Positions 22,721 through 36,179 are shown, numbered from the whole stretch's first letter. The stretch: 63,387 bases of DNA, filler included, from Saprolegnia diclina VS20 (GCF_000281045.1; 6 parts of 4 records of this genome joined end to end with filler, not necessarily neighbours in it), one strand, 5' to 3'. Notes: generated by a model from the sequence alone, not told the origin. Program-made: numbers and translations.

Positions 22721-22734
22721 AGAATCGGAAATGG
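22721..22734 (-). promoter_or_regulatory. INR+FPR-like core promoter of the CTL gene
   Basis: Minus-strand CCATTTCCGATTCT just upstream of the ATG at 22705. Confidence 0.35.
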
Positions 22735-23629
22735 CAACGTCGCTGGAGCCAGCGGCCACGTGGGACAGCGAAGGTTATTAGCCTGTCCAACAGCAGTGCA
22801 ATTAATTATTCGCCTTCTGATTGGCTGCGACATATTGGGTATCTAAAATCGCACGAAAATATATCGACCTTGCTGTCACACGCCGTCGACGGCGGAAGGA
22901 GCCAAAGACAACTTGGGCATGGGACACAGGCGGTCGGCAAAGGTATACGGCGAACGAGGAATATCTGCGTGGCGCTGCTTTCAAGCGAGCGAGATGGCGA
23001 GCGCCAGGCACGTACCGCGATACTAACGCCCTACAGTGTACTTCGAGTGTACTTGTGCTGTCGTACATGGCTGACCAGTGCCATCATCCTGGACAGACTC
23101 GCCGAGACGGCTCGCGATTCATGATGGATGACGCGTACTTTGCATAGAGCTGCATGTCAGTTCTTATTTTCCAAGTATTCGCAGCAGCCTTGAAGTCGCA
23201 CGCGGCCACCATAGCCGTGCGAAGCGGACACTACAGTCGCTGGATTCACTAGCGGTCAAGCCCAGCTCGGGCAAGCTGGGGATGCGGGTGGGTAGTAAGT
23301 AGTTCAAGGTCGTATGCGGCGGCTCAGAATCGTTCGAAGGAAGTTTCGATCGAAAGTTCGTTGGCATTCGAATTTGCTAACGCACCGTGAGCACTGTAGC
23401 TTCGCGGGTATCACGCAAGCAAATGCTAGCCCCGGGTTCCGTGTTCATTTCCAAATTATTTCATGTCCATCAGTCCAGCATATTTAATTGAAGCATTCAG
23501 GTTGTCTCGACCTTATGACGTGGCAGCACTACATTCATTATAATCATCATCAACAACCTACGCTCGGTTTCCTTGCTTTTTAAATACTATGGACACCTTG
23601 TCTTCTTCTCGGCAAAGTCGGTGTCGTCG

Positions 23630-24951
23630 TTAGAGCTCGTACGAATCGCGGTCGCCGCCGGTCTCGGTGCCGCGGTCGTCGATCGAGTACTCTGAGTACT
23701 GGGACGAGTAGCGCACGATGCTGGCCTCCGAGTCGGCGCGGTCAATGTCAAAGGTCGTGCTTGCATATGACGCGCGCGAGTCACCGGACGTTGCCAGAAA
23801 GTTTTCACTCTCCCGGTCGTCCATGCGCGGCGGCTCGTCGACCCAGCCGGCACTCGACGCGCTAGAGCTCCGGTGCGACTTACCGCCGATCTGCATGACG
23901 TCCGAGCCGTCCGAGAAGCGCGTGAGGTTCATCGAGTTGCGCCGCTCCAGGATCGGGAGCGTGCTCACACGCGGCTCGTTGTACGTGAACGTCACGTTGC
24001 CGCCCATCGCGTTAGCTTTGCGCGCAATGTCGGTCGGCGGCGCCTCGGCGTAGAAGCTCGCTTGGTTCGGCGGTGGCAGCGGCTTGCCAAACATGCTGTT
24101 GTTGTTGTTGGACATGGGTTCAAATTTGGTCGGCGGCGCTGCGTTGTACTAGAGATAATGTAAGCTTTTTTGCGAAATGCGAATGCGAGGTACCGGTCGC
24201 ACGGGCGAGACGGGTTTGCCCGTGGGCGCAGCCGGCGGCGGTGAGTCAAGGTCCGGGTACTCGTCGTCACCGCCGCTGTTGGCCTTCATGACGACGGCGG
24301 CGACGATGCCACCGACAACGGCGAGGCCACCGATAACAGCTGCCCACATTTGCCAGTTGCCCGACGAGAAGAAGCCTTCGGAGCTCGTGCTGGCGCCCGA
24401 GCCGGAGCTCGACGCCTTCTTCTTGGTCGTCGGTTCAGTCGTGTTGCTGGAGCCGGTCGTTGAGCTCGTCAGCGAAGCCACAGGCTCGGCGGTCGCCGTC
24501 GGCGTCTCACCTGTTGCGCTCGACGCGGAGCTCACAGTCTTGATGGGCGGAATCGTGATGGGTACGACAGAGATCTTGGTTGGTGTTGTGACGATCGGCG
24601 CGGCGGTCGATTGCGTTGGCGCGGCCGTCGACGGTCCCGGCGCCGACGTCACGACAGGCTTGGGTGTCACGGGTGTCGGCGCCAGCGTCGGAGCTTCCGT
24701 GGGCGCGACCGTCACCGGCGCAAGGGTCGGCGCCACGGTCGGCTTTGGTGACGGCGATACCACTGGTGTTGTAGTCGACGCAACTGGCGCGGACGACGGT
24801 GCGGTCGACGGCGTCGCGGAGGGCTCGACCTGGGCCATGCACGCGATACCTAAGGTCGTGCCGTGTAAGCCTGTGCTGTGGACGTCCGAGGTAGCGTACC
24901 CATGCTGAGGAGGACGAGGAGGCTCAGCCATCCTCGTGGGAAGAGCGCCAT
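23630..24951 (-). CDS. Mucin-like S/T/P-rich type I membrane protein, 3 exons
   Basis: Signal peptide MALFPRGWLSLLVLLSM/GIACMA (intron 24850-24899), a T/P-rich stalk, TM WAAVIGGLAVVGGIVAAVVM, intron ~24150-24194 and an acidic Ser/Tyr tail. Confidence 0.75.
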
Positions 24952-26718
24952 CGGTGCTAGAAAAGGGGCTAAACGGACTCTGGTTTCGGTGCCATCGGGC
25001 AGCTCGGCCAGCCGGTACTTTCCTCGTCGAGTGGCAAACTCGCCAACGAGCCAATCAGCTCACGCGAGGTTGCTCGTCTCTTGGCATTTTAACCAATCGG
25101 CGGACTGGAAGAGCCAGACCAGATGTAGTCACCTCGTAATGGGTTGGGCGGAGTGCTACATCCCAACAGTGGCGCCTTGAGTCTTCGATGCGCTCGCTTT
25201 TCGCTCCCCTTCGAGTTACGCAGAGGCCTGCCATCAGCCACAACAATACTAGATTATAGCAGGGGCTTGGAACATTGAGGGCGATGGGCGCGGATGCAAG
25301 GCCAGCAGCGTCAAGCCAGTCGAGCGATGTACACTTCAAGCGTGCATCTGTGGCGAGAAATGCGACCAACGAGCATTCGAGGAATCGACGTTGTGGTGCT
25401 GCCGCAGCATCTTTGTGCCAAGTCGTTCCTGCAGCGGAACGCTTTGTTCTTCTACAGTCGATTCGTTCATTGGCCTTTGACCGCCGTTTGCAGTGTAGCT
25501 TCAATGTGTACACACCACAGAACGTGCCAGCTGCTTGAGGAACCATCCAAGCACCAGAAGGAACGGGCAACGTATGCTTGCCTATGTGCCGCACGCCGAT
25601 CACCCACGCTCCCCACTCGGCAGGCACCACCGAAATGCAAAGTGAGCTCCAGTACGAGACCGAAACCATATCACAAATGACGTGGCAGCGATGCCGTAGC
25701 TCCCGTGAACAGTCCACTCGTAGGACCAGCTCGGTGTAGTTGAAGTACTCTTGTCGTTGTAGTGAGTCTGTGTACGTCGAGTGTGAACTATTACTAGAAC
25801 TAGGTGCCTTCCAATTTGATGCGAGATATGACGGCGGTGGCTGTGGAGCTTGGCCGTTGCGAATCTAGATGGCGCAGGCCAAAAGGATGTGGTCGCGGAG
25901 CCAGTCGTGGTGGTGTATGGCAGCCATCTCGAGGAAGAGATGTATGGTTTGGTTGTTTACACCACGTGTAGCTTGAGATCGTTCTATCCAAGGAGGTAGG
26001 CCAAGACCCGCGGCGCGGAGAGCGATCACCCCGAGAAATACGTGGTCGTTGGGAGCACAACATGTTTGTTTTCTAAAACAACCATTTTTTCACCACTTGA
26101 ATCGCTGACAAGGACCAAAAGCTCCAAGTGCACAGGTAACGCTTGGTGTTTGTGGTGTTTTCTGATTGAAAGCATTTGATGGAACCATGATTGTCGTTAC
26201 GACGAGTGGCGTTGCTACCGCGATGCGATAACGTCAGGACTCGCGCCGTTCAGAGCTACTGTGCCTTATAATTGGCATCCATATCTAAAAAGGCTGAAAA
26301 AGATCCCCCGACATTCCGCGTTGTATCATGTATCAACGTCGACGCTGGTTACCATTTGTGATTGGCAGAACGAGATGTATGTAGACTTATCGATCTGGAT
26401 CTGTGGTGTTTCTAGCAAAAAATATACTAGTACTTGTCTCCGTACAAGCAAGACTTCTGGTAGACAACACGAGCGCGTTGTTGTTGAGATGAGATGCGCT
26501 TGAGATCGAAACATGTAGCTCGACGATTGGCGCAAAACCTCACGTTGTCCACCGTACCAAGGTGCAGAGTTGCCTCATACTGCAACAGCGAATTGATCTT
26601 GGTCAACCCTTTTCCGTGCACACTGCATGTGCTTGCAACGGAAAATGAAATCGACTCTCGTACGTACACGTAGCCATCAATTCTCACTGGCAGCTCAAAT
26701 AAAAGACCAAAGCCGTAT

Positions 26719-29590
26719 CTATTTTGCCTTGTACCACGACGAGTCGATCTTGGCATCCACTTCCATGCGCACTGAGAGCGGTGATTCGAATGGATTCTCC
26801 ATGAGGTCGACGAGGAGCGCACACGCCTCCTTTGCGTGCTCTTCCGGTCCCTCCAAAATGATTTCATCGTGGATCTGGCACACCATTTCGAACCCGAGCT
26901 CGCGGAGCCGCGGGTTCTTGTGGACGTTGAGCATCGCCTGCATGACCACATCGGCAGCTGCTCCCTACCGATTCAAAAATTAGATATTCAGAAAAATCCG
27001 AAAATTCAAAAAAAATCACGATACCTGAATCGGCGTGTTGATGGCCGCGCGCTCGGCGTGGGACTTGGCTTTCCTGGCAGCAAAGCTCTTGGACGTCGAC
27101 GTTGCGTCCGGAAGCATGCGATACCGACCCATGAGCGTCCGCGTGTACCTTTATCCGCCGCAATCTCAATCTCAAACGAACAAACTTTGCATCGATGCGT
27201 ACCCAAAGAGCCGTGCAGTCTGGATCGCTTGCTCTTGCCACTTTTTCACTTCGGGGCGGTCGGCGTACCAGCGCTCGAGGGTCTTGGCCGCCTCCTCGCG
27301 CGACACGTTGAAGTCCTACACCGTTTCCATCAATAAGATCAGAGTCGTAGAGCCGGCCTACCTTGGCAAGGCCAAACGGTGTCTTGCCGTAGGCGATCGA
27401 AAAATTGAGGATCTTGGCGTCCTTGCGCTCTTTCGCGAACGCGTCTTTGAGCAGCGGCACGGGCGGCTTGCCCTTGGACGAGTCCCACTCAAGAAGCACT
27501 TCGCCCGCCTCGACGGCTTTCTGGACGTACTCGTACATGCCCATCGCTGTCCGCGAATGAAAATCGCCGCCCGCCTACTCCTGATGTAAGATGCCATACG
27601 ACTATCGAAGCACGGGACCTTGAAGGCTTCGATCATGCCCTTGCACTGCGTCACGTGCGCAAGCAGACGCAGCTCGAGCTGACTGTAATCGGCGACAATC
27701 AAGAGCTTCCCCGGCGGCGCCGTGAACGCGTCCCGGATCTTGTACCGATCCTTGTCCATCGACGGCTACGACAACGCAGCATGAGTCGACGCAAAGTCAC
27801 CACGTGATTGGTCCAACTTGGTTTTGCAAATTGGGTTTCCGACTCGAGAGACGGCCCGTGTCCGTATTCAGGTTCAACGCACAGTGCACGCGGCCATTTT
27901 CATCCGCGAGGTCTAGTCCAGTGTCAATCTTTCAATCTGTCAAGTGGAATTACCTTGGAGCGGCAGGATAAAGTTGTTGAGCATCGTGTTGATGCTGCTA
28001 ATGTCGTACATTTGCTTGAGCGCGCGACAGGCCGCGGCGCCCTCTTCCTTGTCGGCAAAGTGCTCGTACGCAGAGCCGTATTTCGGCGGGTCCGCGAGTG
28101 GCTACGTTGCATGTCGGTATCCAAAAATCGAATGCGAGAGTTCTACCTTGCCCGCCAGCTCTCTTAGCACCTCGCTCGTCGCGGCCGGGGCGCCGCTCGC
28201 CGTAAAGGCTATCGGGGGAATCCCGAGGCCGCGGATCGTAATCTCACGCTTCTTCTTCGCCCGCTTCTTCTCGGGCTCAATGATTTGCTCAATGTTTTCG
28301 ACGTCAAATGTCTTTTCGAGCGGGAGGTCGACGCTCTTTTTCAGGTTGGCATACGGGGCAAAGAGCAGCTGCTGCTTTTGCGACGCCGAGTAGATGTTCA
28401 TGCGGTGGGCTTCCGGCACATACCGGCTGGCCCACGCAAGGACACTTTCTTCGAGCTTCTTTTGCTCGGCGAGCGCGTCCAACTCGACGCGCGCCAAGAA
28501 GCTCCGGTCCACGTGCATGCCCTTGCGCTCAATGTCGGTGAGGCACTCGCCAAACGGCACAATGTACTGCTGGTAAAACTCATACCTGCGTAAACTCCGA
28601 TGAAAATCATATAAAATCAATGCCGTATCGTACATGGACTGCCGACCATCGACCGGCGAGTGGTGCCACAATGTGGCTTCGAGCTTGTGCTTGAGCACCT
28701 GGGGATAGAGATATGACATATACGCTAGAATGACGCAGAAAACGACAGAGAAACAAAGTACCTTGTGCAAAAACCACGTGCATTCGGCATCGTATGCACT
28801 GTATCGAATCCAGCGCTCGCGAAATTCGGGAAAGCGCTGCAGCTCTTCAACCAGCGGCAGCAAAAGATCTTTGCCAGCACTGCCGTCCTAAGCAACGCCA
28901 TGAAATCAAGCGCTTTGGTCGGCGACGTACCTTCTTGAGCTTGGGCACGCCGAATAGCTCCTTCATCGGCTTCTTGCGGGCGTGCATGAGGTCGGCCGAG
29001 AGCGCTTCCAGCGAGTACCCGCCTTTTTGAAACCTAACGCGCATGAGGAAATACGGCGTCGTCGGTTCGTACCGCGCCGTGTTCCAGAGCCGGGCCATGT
29101 GCATCGTGTCGCCGCCGAGGCCTTGGACGTTGATGTTGGTCGTCTTGTTGTACAGCACGTGGCGATCGAACGAGTAGTTGTGCCAGATCTTCTTGGTTGT
29201 CTGCGACTCGAGAAAACCGCGAAAGTACTCGAGCGTCCCGTCGGCCGCGTCGAGGTTGTCGACCCACACGTACGGGCCATTGCCAAAGTCGACGTCGGGA
29301 CCGCTGTAGATCGAGAGGCAGGTGACGTGCCCATTGCCGACCGGACCCACCTTCTTGACGTCGATCTGGGCCACCTCGGTATCGCACGCATGGAAGTGGT
29401 CGGGCCCGAGCGACGCCAGCACCTGGAGCACGCGCTCAGCGCTCTGCTTGTCCTGGACGAGCGTCACGGGGCGCATGTCGTCAGCCTCGGTGAGGCCCTC
29501 AAGCAGGTGGGCATGGTCGGCGATGCTAGAGCTCCAGCGCGGGCGAAGACCTCGCGCGGCCAAGCGCGGACGAGCCAAGGACCGCCACAT
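26719..29590 (-). CDS. Organellar family A DNA polymerase (POP-type; 3'-5' exonuclease + Pol I domain), multi-exon, probably mitochondrial
   Basis: Arg-rich presequence MWRSLARPRLAARGLRPRWSS; ExoI HACDTEVA; KKIWHNYSFDRH; motif A LIVADYSQLELRLLAH; motif B ERKDAKILNFSIAYG; motif C QIHDEIILEGP. Confidence 0.92.
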
Positions 29591-30319
29591 GCAATTTGGT
29601 TTGGGCCAATGATACCGCTGGCAACGCATTGGCTAGCCACACGCAACGCCAAGTGGTCCATCGCCTTGGGTCGCGCTATATTGCTCAGCGGATTCTTCGC
29701 ACGAGTTGATAAATGCTAGCATTGACTTGTGTGGAGACCAAGCGTGCATGCACAAGGGTAGGTCGGCATGGTAACGGCCTGCCTGGGATCGATCGAGTTG
29801 CAAATGGCGTGTTTTTAGCTGGTCGAATTGTGTGTACGCCTCGAATGGCTGGATCCAAAGGCGATTCTGGTTGGCTTATTTAGGACATGGTCAGTCCATG
29901 TTCCACTGTACAGTACACGGATGGATGTGATTGGTCAATTAAGACGGCAAGTGCCGCCGATTTCACCAAAAAGGGCAGCTTTGAAAAGCGCGCTGCAATC
30001 GAGATCCCGCCCCGGCAGAAACCTATATCCGGATTCCGGTTAATTCGGATGATGACACACCAGGACTCGACCAAAGCTCTCGCCAAAGCCCTTACACATA
30101 CCGGTATGACGCACAGGCACTAACCATCGATCCCTCCAAGCAACTATCCAAGTCAAGTCGAGGTGAAGTCGTCTATTCATTAGAAACGGGTGGCTAGATG
30201 TGCAGATATCTGATCGCCAAGCGACGCATGCAATGGCCGTGTCGCTAGACGCAATGCCAACAAAGAGAAGCAGCCACAAGAAAAAAGAGCGCCCCATAAG
30301 CATGGAAGGTACCGCGCGA

Positions 30320-30860
30320 GGATACTGCTCCATAGATCGTTCGGGTAATGAGACCCAATGCGACGATCTTGAAGAGTGGGTAGTCGTTCATGGCGATAAC
30401 CACCTGACCCACGTACGGGATCGAGGCGCGGGCAACGCCAAGGATATCGCGTCGCTGCAGCCAGAGCTGGCCCGGCGCGTACAGCCCGCGATCGTTCACG
30501 TTGTTGTCATCACCCTTGGTCAAGTAAAACTCGACGCCATCCGACTTGCGCGTATGGACTTGAAGCACGCGGTGGGCAATCGCGAATGTCGCGGCCTTGC
30601 ACCGTGAAGTCGACAGTGTCGCCAGTATCAATCTTGGACGCACCGTTGTCGAGGAAGAGGATGTCGCCACGCTGGAACGTGGGCGGGCTGCCGCTGAGCA
30701 CGACAACGATCGGCGATGCGCAGCGCGTCACAGCTACGAGCCCGCGCCAGAGCACGAGGCCGCTTGCAGCAACCAATATGAGGTGGGCGAGCCAGCGCTT
30801 GCTCGGACGGCGCCGACGTCTCAGGTCTCGGCGGCAGTCGCCCACAACCGATCTCGTCAT
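30320..30860 (-). pseudogene. SEC11-like signal peptidase paralog, disrupted
   Basis: SPIVVVLSGSPPTFQRGD has lost the ME of SGSMEP, and a +1 frameshift near 30583 separates it from IAHRVLQVH..LTKGDDNNVNDRGLY. Confidence 0.8.
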
Positions 30861-31501
30861 CGTGTCAATCTTGGTGGAATCGCCCATATGAGTAACCGGA
30901 TGACAGCCCGTGGTATCCGGTTGAAACCTGTCAAATCAATGCCAGCCAAGACAACGTCGCTTGTTGCCGGCCGTTAAACAATATTGTACATGCATCGAAC
31001 TACTAGTTTTATCGCATAGTAGATGGCGCCGAAGTCGTCTCGACGGGTGATTCTGTCGTCTTCTTGGGGCTGGCAGTGGCGTCGCGGTGGTTCACTGAGG
31101 TGGGTTGTGTCCCACAAACGTGATGAGATCCCATCATTCGGTTGGATGGTACTAGCAGTTGGGTACAGCCCGCGGCTATCCAATATGCTCGGCCATGCAT
31201 ACCTACCTCGGTGATGGACTCGTACCAATTAACTCAGAAGAGGCAATGTTGCACTCTGCGGTGCGCTTCAAGAAGGTGCAGCGCGGTACGAGAAGATGCA
31301 TGGACGCTTGGCGCCAACGACACACCTACACAGCAGCTTCGTTCATCTAGCTGAATCTGCGTCGAGGCAACGTAGCTCTAAGCGCTTCGACATGCAGCGC
31401 CGTGGCTGCATACCGCAGGGTCGACTCCACCGTATATATCTAATCAAACGAGGAGCTTGCACGTAGGACCGTTGCCATATAGAGTACATCAAGTCGTCGC
31501 T

Positions 31502-32053
31502 CTATTCTCGCTGTGTAAAGGCCATGATGGCCATGAGGCCGACGGCGAGGATCTTGAGGGCCGGGTAGTCGTTCATGAGGATGGTTGCCATGCCCACGTA
31601 CGGGATCGAGGCGCGCGCAATGCCAACGATATCGCCGCGCTGCAGCCAGAGCTGGCCCGGCGCGTAGAGCCCACGGTCGTCGACGTTGTTGTTGTCGCCC
31701 TTGGTCAAGTAAAAGTCGACGCCGTCCGACTTGCGCGTATGGACTTTGAGCACGCGATGGACGATCGGGATGTCCCGGTCCTTGATCTTGAAGACGACAA
31801 TGTCGCCAATGTCGAGGTTGGGCTTGTTGTTGTCGAGGAAGAGGATGTCACCGCGCTGGAAAGCCGGCTCCATGCTGCCACTGAGCACGACGACGATCGG
31901 CGACTCGCCAAGCGTCCAGCCCATGAGGCCGCGCCAGATCATGAGCGCGCTCGTGATGACCATGATGAGGTTGAGCGCCTGATGCGTGAGCTGCCGCTTG
32001 TTCTTGTTGAGGCGTCGGACCTCTTCCACCTGCTGCTCGACCATCTTCATCAT
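31502..32053 (-). CDS. SEC11: Signal peptidase complex catalytic subunit SEC11 (S26B)
   Basis: ESPIVVVLSGSMEPAFQRGD, DIPIVHRV and LTKGDNNNVDDRGLY; intact. Confidence 0.95.
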   Translation of the reverse strand: MMKMVEQQVEEVRRLNKNKRQLTHQALNLIMVITSALMIWRGLMGWTLGESPIVVVLSGSMEPAFQRGDILFLDNNKPNLDIGDIVVFKIKDRDIPIVHRVLKVHTRKSDGVDFYLTKGDNNNVDDRGLYAPGQLWLQRGDIVGIARASIPYVGMATILMNDYPALKILAVGLMAIMAFTQRE

Positions 32054-32963
32054 CGTAGCGTCGTCGGTCTCGGCCGCGGAATCGCAAAATTGAGACCACG
32101 TGGCAAGTGAATGCCAACCGGATGACCACAATTGTATCCGGTATTTACCTGTCTAATGTGATACTTTTGATCCTATCATGTATTACGAGAGGTTTTATAA
32201 CGATACCAGGGGCTGTTCACGCAGCTAGCCAAGAGGAGTAGTACANNNNNNNNNNNNNNNNNNNNNNNNNNNNNNNNNNNNNNNNNNNNTTAATTAATTA
32301 ANNNNNNNNNNNNNNNNNNNNNNNNNNNNNNNNNNNNNNNNNNNNGCCCAATGATCCTTCGGATGATCACGCCCGAGCTCACGCAGCAAGGACGAAAGCC
32401 CAGCCAAACCACCATGCGTGGCGGCGCGCGAGACTGCACTGCTGCAGTCTGGCAACGTGCTTGACTTGTCGTTGGCTTTCATGATTGGTCATCGCTACGT
32501 AACTAAAGCGAATATCACCCTTCGACTACTCAAGAACAAGGTAGCGTTGGTCGCAGACGTCGAGCTCACGCGCCTGTTCGCGACCAAGCGCAAGCGCCAA
32601 TCAAAAGGACGTCGATTCGAGTAGTGGAGTTCACAACAACAAATCTATCAGTATGAAGTACGGCGAGTCATTGCACTATATGTGCGATAAAGGTAGAACG
32701 CGATCATCCCGACTTCACGTCTTGCGAATCCAACATTGCTACTATGGCCATTGGAGCCCTTGCGACTGCGGCGCAAACAGCGGGCCGACCATTTGAAAGC
32801 AGCGCATCTGCGCAATCACAAACTCGCACCTCTTTGCCCTCTTTTCAACATAAAATAGAGTGTAGAATATACACTTTAACGATCTATTACTACAATTGCA
32901 CTACTAGTACGACCTAACCTCGTCAAGAAACGATATCATTCGCACGCAGTCGCTGCCACCGCG

Positions 32964-33461
32964 CTACGCAGCGAGCGACGGCGGGCCGTAGCGCACCGTG
33001 TCCCAGATCTTGTCGACATTGCCGTTCGCCGACACAAAGAGTCGGCGGCCATCGCACGCGTTGCGCACAATAGCGTGGCTGCCGTCAACGGTGTTCAAAA
33101 TGACGAGCGCGGGTAAGAACCGGATGTGAAAGTGCTCGCGCAACGCCGCTTGGCGCGTCCGGTCGACCCACGGCAAGGCCGGAAACGGCATCTCGTCGTG
33201 GTAGAGGCAAAACTCGTCCTCGGCTTTGTCGCTCGAGACAAAGACCACGTCGAAGTCGGGGTGCGCCTCCAAAATGTCGTCGTAGAGCGTCGAGAGCGTT
33301 GGCGTAAACTCGCGGCACGGGCCGCACCAGTGAGCGCTAAAGTAGAGGCCGACGACCGACGTGGTCGCGAGATGGTCTGCTGTCGGAACCTCCTTGCCGC
33401 CACTCAAGCGCAAGCGAGGACCGAGGAGGTCGTGCCACGAGGTCATGATGGGGCTTGTCAT
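32964..33461 (-). CDS. Nucleoredoxin/tryparedoxin-like thioredoxin
   Basis: VVGLYFSAHWCGPCREFTP..FDVVFVSSD..MPFPALP. Confidence 0.9.
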   Translation of the reverse strand: MTSPIMTSWHDLLGPRLRLSGGKEVPTADHLATTSVVGLYFSAHWCGPCREFTPTLSTLYDDILEAHPDFDVVFVSSDKAEDEFCLYHDEMPFPALPWVDRTRQAALREHFHIRFLPALVILNTVDGSHAIVRNACDGRRLFVSANGNVDKIWDTVRYGPPSLAA

Positions 33462-34520
33462 GTGTGCTCGAAGAATGAAAATGGCGCCGTGACTGCAGAA
33501 AACCCATGCCGTGACGTGATTGGCTAAAATACTGGCGCTGGAGTGTGGCCACAACCAATCCCATCGACGAAGTCCATGTAGGCCACGCGGTACGGCATCG
33601 CCGATTGGTCCACACTATATAACGTTTGATTGGCGTTTATATATCCTTTTCAACCAATTGGAAGCCGCAGCATCAGGGTCGGCACGGAACCGCGCGGGCC
33701 AGGTCGGTCGGTGCATCACAGTCTGAAATGAAATGGCTCAAACTTGGTCTACCGATAGAGCGCGAATGAAAGAGCATGGAATGCTAACTCAAGTCGCCAT
33801 TGGAGGCGTATCACGAGAGGTAATGACAAATTTATGCACGGTTGGCGCCGTTGTGATTGCGTGATACGCAGTGATTGCAAAACTGAAGGTTGAAATTTGT
33901 CCATTTCAGGCCCGACCCCGCCCATTATTACCTACCGGTACGTTTAGATTTAGCCTCGCAACTTCATTTCCAGGTGTGTAGCTCTAGTGCCGGGATGAAA
34001 CCTTCCGCACTAACGTTAGCACTTGTACTAATACCCCGACGTGGCAACCTGCAACGCGTCCACGACAAATTGCTAGCATTATCCAAACCGCAACTCATAC
34101 CCGATAGCTCTATTCCTAACAAGCAGGGACATGCGAGACACACATACCCCATACTCCTGCTACTGTAGCCACGCAACGCTTCTAAGTTCAATTGTTCCTG
34201 CACTCGCGGTGTTGCCACGAAAAACAAGAAGCCCAATCGGTCGGGGGCCAAGGCGCCGGCAACAAAAGCCATGGTGTCGGCGCTGACACTGACTACATGC
34301 GTCAGCAAGGCGACGAGGCAGTGAGCTGACTAAACAGAAGACGCGGGGTATACTTCAACACATCAACGCTCCATAGAAAGGGCCTTTTCCCAACTTCGAG
34401 GTTCACGACGTGACGATGTTATTTGTCTTGCGTTTTGTATATATATACAAACCGCAAGATATTAGCCTGTCACGTATGCAAAATGCCAATCAGACGCAAC
34501 ATCGCCTTGCACCGTGAGCA

Positions 34521-36179
34521 ATGGCGGCGACGACGTGGCGCGTGCTCTTGGTCTTGCTGGCGCCGGCGATCGTCTCGGGCCTCTTTGTCTTTCCGGACAA
34601 CTGCGGTCGACCGGGCTTCATCGCGGTGCCCGACGAGCTCCGGTGCGCGTGCGCCCACGCGACGCGCGTCTCGACCATCGACTACCTCAGCCTCCACTAC
34701 TGCAACATGGATGCACTGCCGCTCGTCTCAGTCACGTTGCTCTCGACACTGCTCTGCCTCCTCTTTTACAGCGTTGGCGACACGACCGATCGGTACATGG
34801 TCCCGGCCGTCACGTCGATCGCGGCCATAACGCGACTGGACCCGAGCGTGGCCGGCGCGACGCTCCTCGCCTTTGCCAACGGCGCGCCCGACCTCTTCTC
34901 GTGCGTCGCGTCCTTCGCCGGCGCGCACACGCACAGCGGGTTTGGCGTCGGCGGTCTGCTCGGCAGCGGCCTCGTCATCGCTGTCTTTACGCTCGGGCAC
35001 TTGGCGTATCTTGCGGGCGGCTTTGATCTGCGCAAGTCACCGTTCATGCGCGACGTGGCGTTCTACCTCGTGACGGTGCTCGGCCTCTTGCTCGCCTACC
35101 GCATCGGCTACATCTCGGTGCCCATGGCCATCGCCGCGATATGCTGGTATGCCGTGTACACAGCCTCGGTCGTGGGCATGCCCAGTACGCCGCCGCCAGA
35201 GATCGATAATGCCGATGACAACGACGACGACAAGGCAGTCGTGCTGCCCAATATGACCGTCACGGAGGACATGATCGTCGTGTCGGTTGATCCTAACGAG
35301 GACAATGAAGATGACGAGTGCGCGTCGACGACCGACACACTCATGAGCGTCGACGAGTCGCCGCGGTCGTTTTGGTGCGACGTCACGGACTGGGACAAGG
35401 TCGGGCGACTCGGCCAAGTCGTGATTGTCCTCCTCGCTCCCTTTCTCTTGGCGCGCCACGTCACGGTGCCCCGGCTCGAGTCGCCTCTTGTCTCGCGCAA
35501 GGAGCTCGCGACCGTCGCCTTTGCAATGCCGTACTTTCTTTTGGCCGTGAGTACGCGGTTTATGCCCGTGCCTCTGATGGCGGTCGGTGTCGCGCTCGTC
35601 GTCAGCAGTGTCCTCGCGGGACTCACGTACCGGTGCTGCGACGGCGCGCAACAGTCGTGGCAGCTTCTACGATCGTTCCTCGCGCTCTTTCTCTCCAGTC
35701 TCTGGGTCTTTGTGATTGGCCATGAGATCGTCGCCGTCATGTACGTACTCGGCGTCGGCGTCGGCATCTCGAGCGGAACGCTTGGCATCCTCGTGCTCGC
35801 GTGGGGCAACTCGATCGGCGACTTTGTCGGGAACCGCGCGCTTGTCCGGCAAGGCCACGTGCACATGGCAACCGCAGCGTGCATTGCTGGCCCGATCTTC
35901 AACACGCTCGTCGGCGGCGGTCTCTCGCTGCTGCTCGGCTGTCTCCACGCTAATGATCACCGCGTTGCGATCTGGAGCGCCGACCACAATGGATCGCTTG
36001 GCATCGGTTTTGTCGTCTTGGCTATCGCGCTGCTCTCGCTCTTGGTACTCGGGTCGAGATATCCAGCCAAAGACATTGAGCTCACACCGACCTTTGGGCT
36101 CTTCCTCGTCGCCCTCTACAGCCTCTTTTGCGTCTGGACGCTCGTAGACGAGACGTCGAGCTGGCAAAACGACGACTGA
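34521..36179 (+). CDS. Cation/Ca2+ exchanger (CaCA superfamily, CCX/NCLX-like)
   Basis: Alpha-1 repeat AGATLLAFANGAPDLF, alpha-2 repeat LAWGNSIGDFVGN, acidic central loop and many TM segments. Confidence 0.92.
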   Translation: MAATTWRVLLVLLAPAIVSGLFVFPDNCGRPGFIAVPDELRCACAHATRVSTIDYLSLHYCNMDALPLVSVTLLSTLLCLLFYSVGDTTDRYMVPAVTSIAAITRLDPSVAGATLLAFANGAPDLFSCVASFAGAHTHSGFGVGGLLGSGLVIAVFTLGHLAYLAGGFDLRKSPFMRDVAFYLVTVLGLLLAYRIGYISVPMAIAAICWYAVYTASVVGMPSTPPPEIDNADDNDDDKAVVLPNMTVTEDMIVVSVDPNEDNEDDECASTTDTLMSVDESPRSFWCDVTDWDKVGRLGQVVIVLLAPFLLARHVTVPRLESPLVSRKELATVAFAMPYFLLAVSTRFMPVPLMAVGVALVVSSVLAGLTYRCCDGAQQSWQLLRSFLALFLSSLWVFVIGHEIVAVMYVLGVGVGISSGTLGILVLAWGNSIGDFVGNRALVRQGHVHMATAACIAGPIFNTLVGGGLSLLLGCLHANDHRVAIWSADHNGSLGIGFVVLAIALLSLLVLGSRYPAKDIELTPTFGLFLVALYSLFCVWTLVDETSSWQNDD

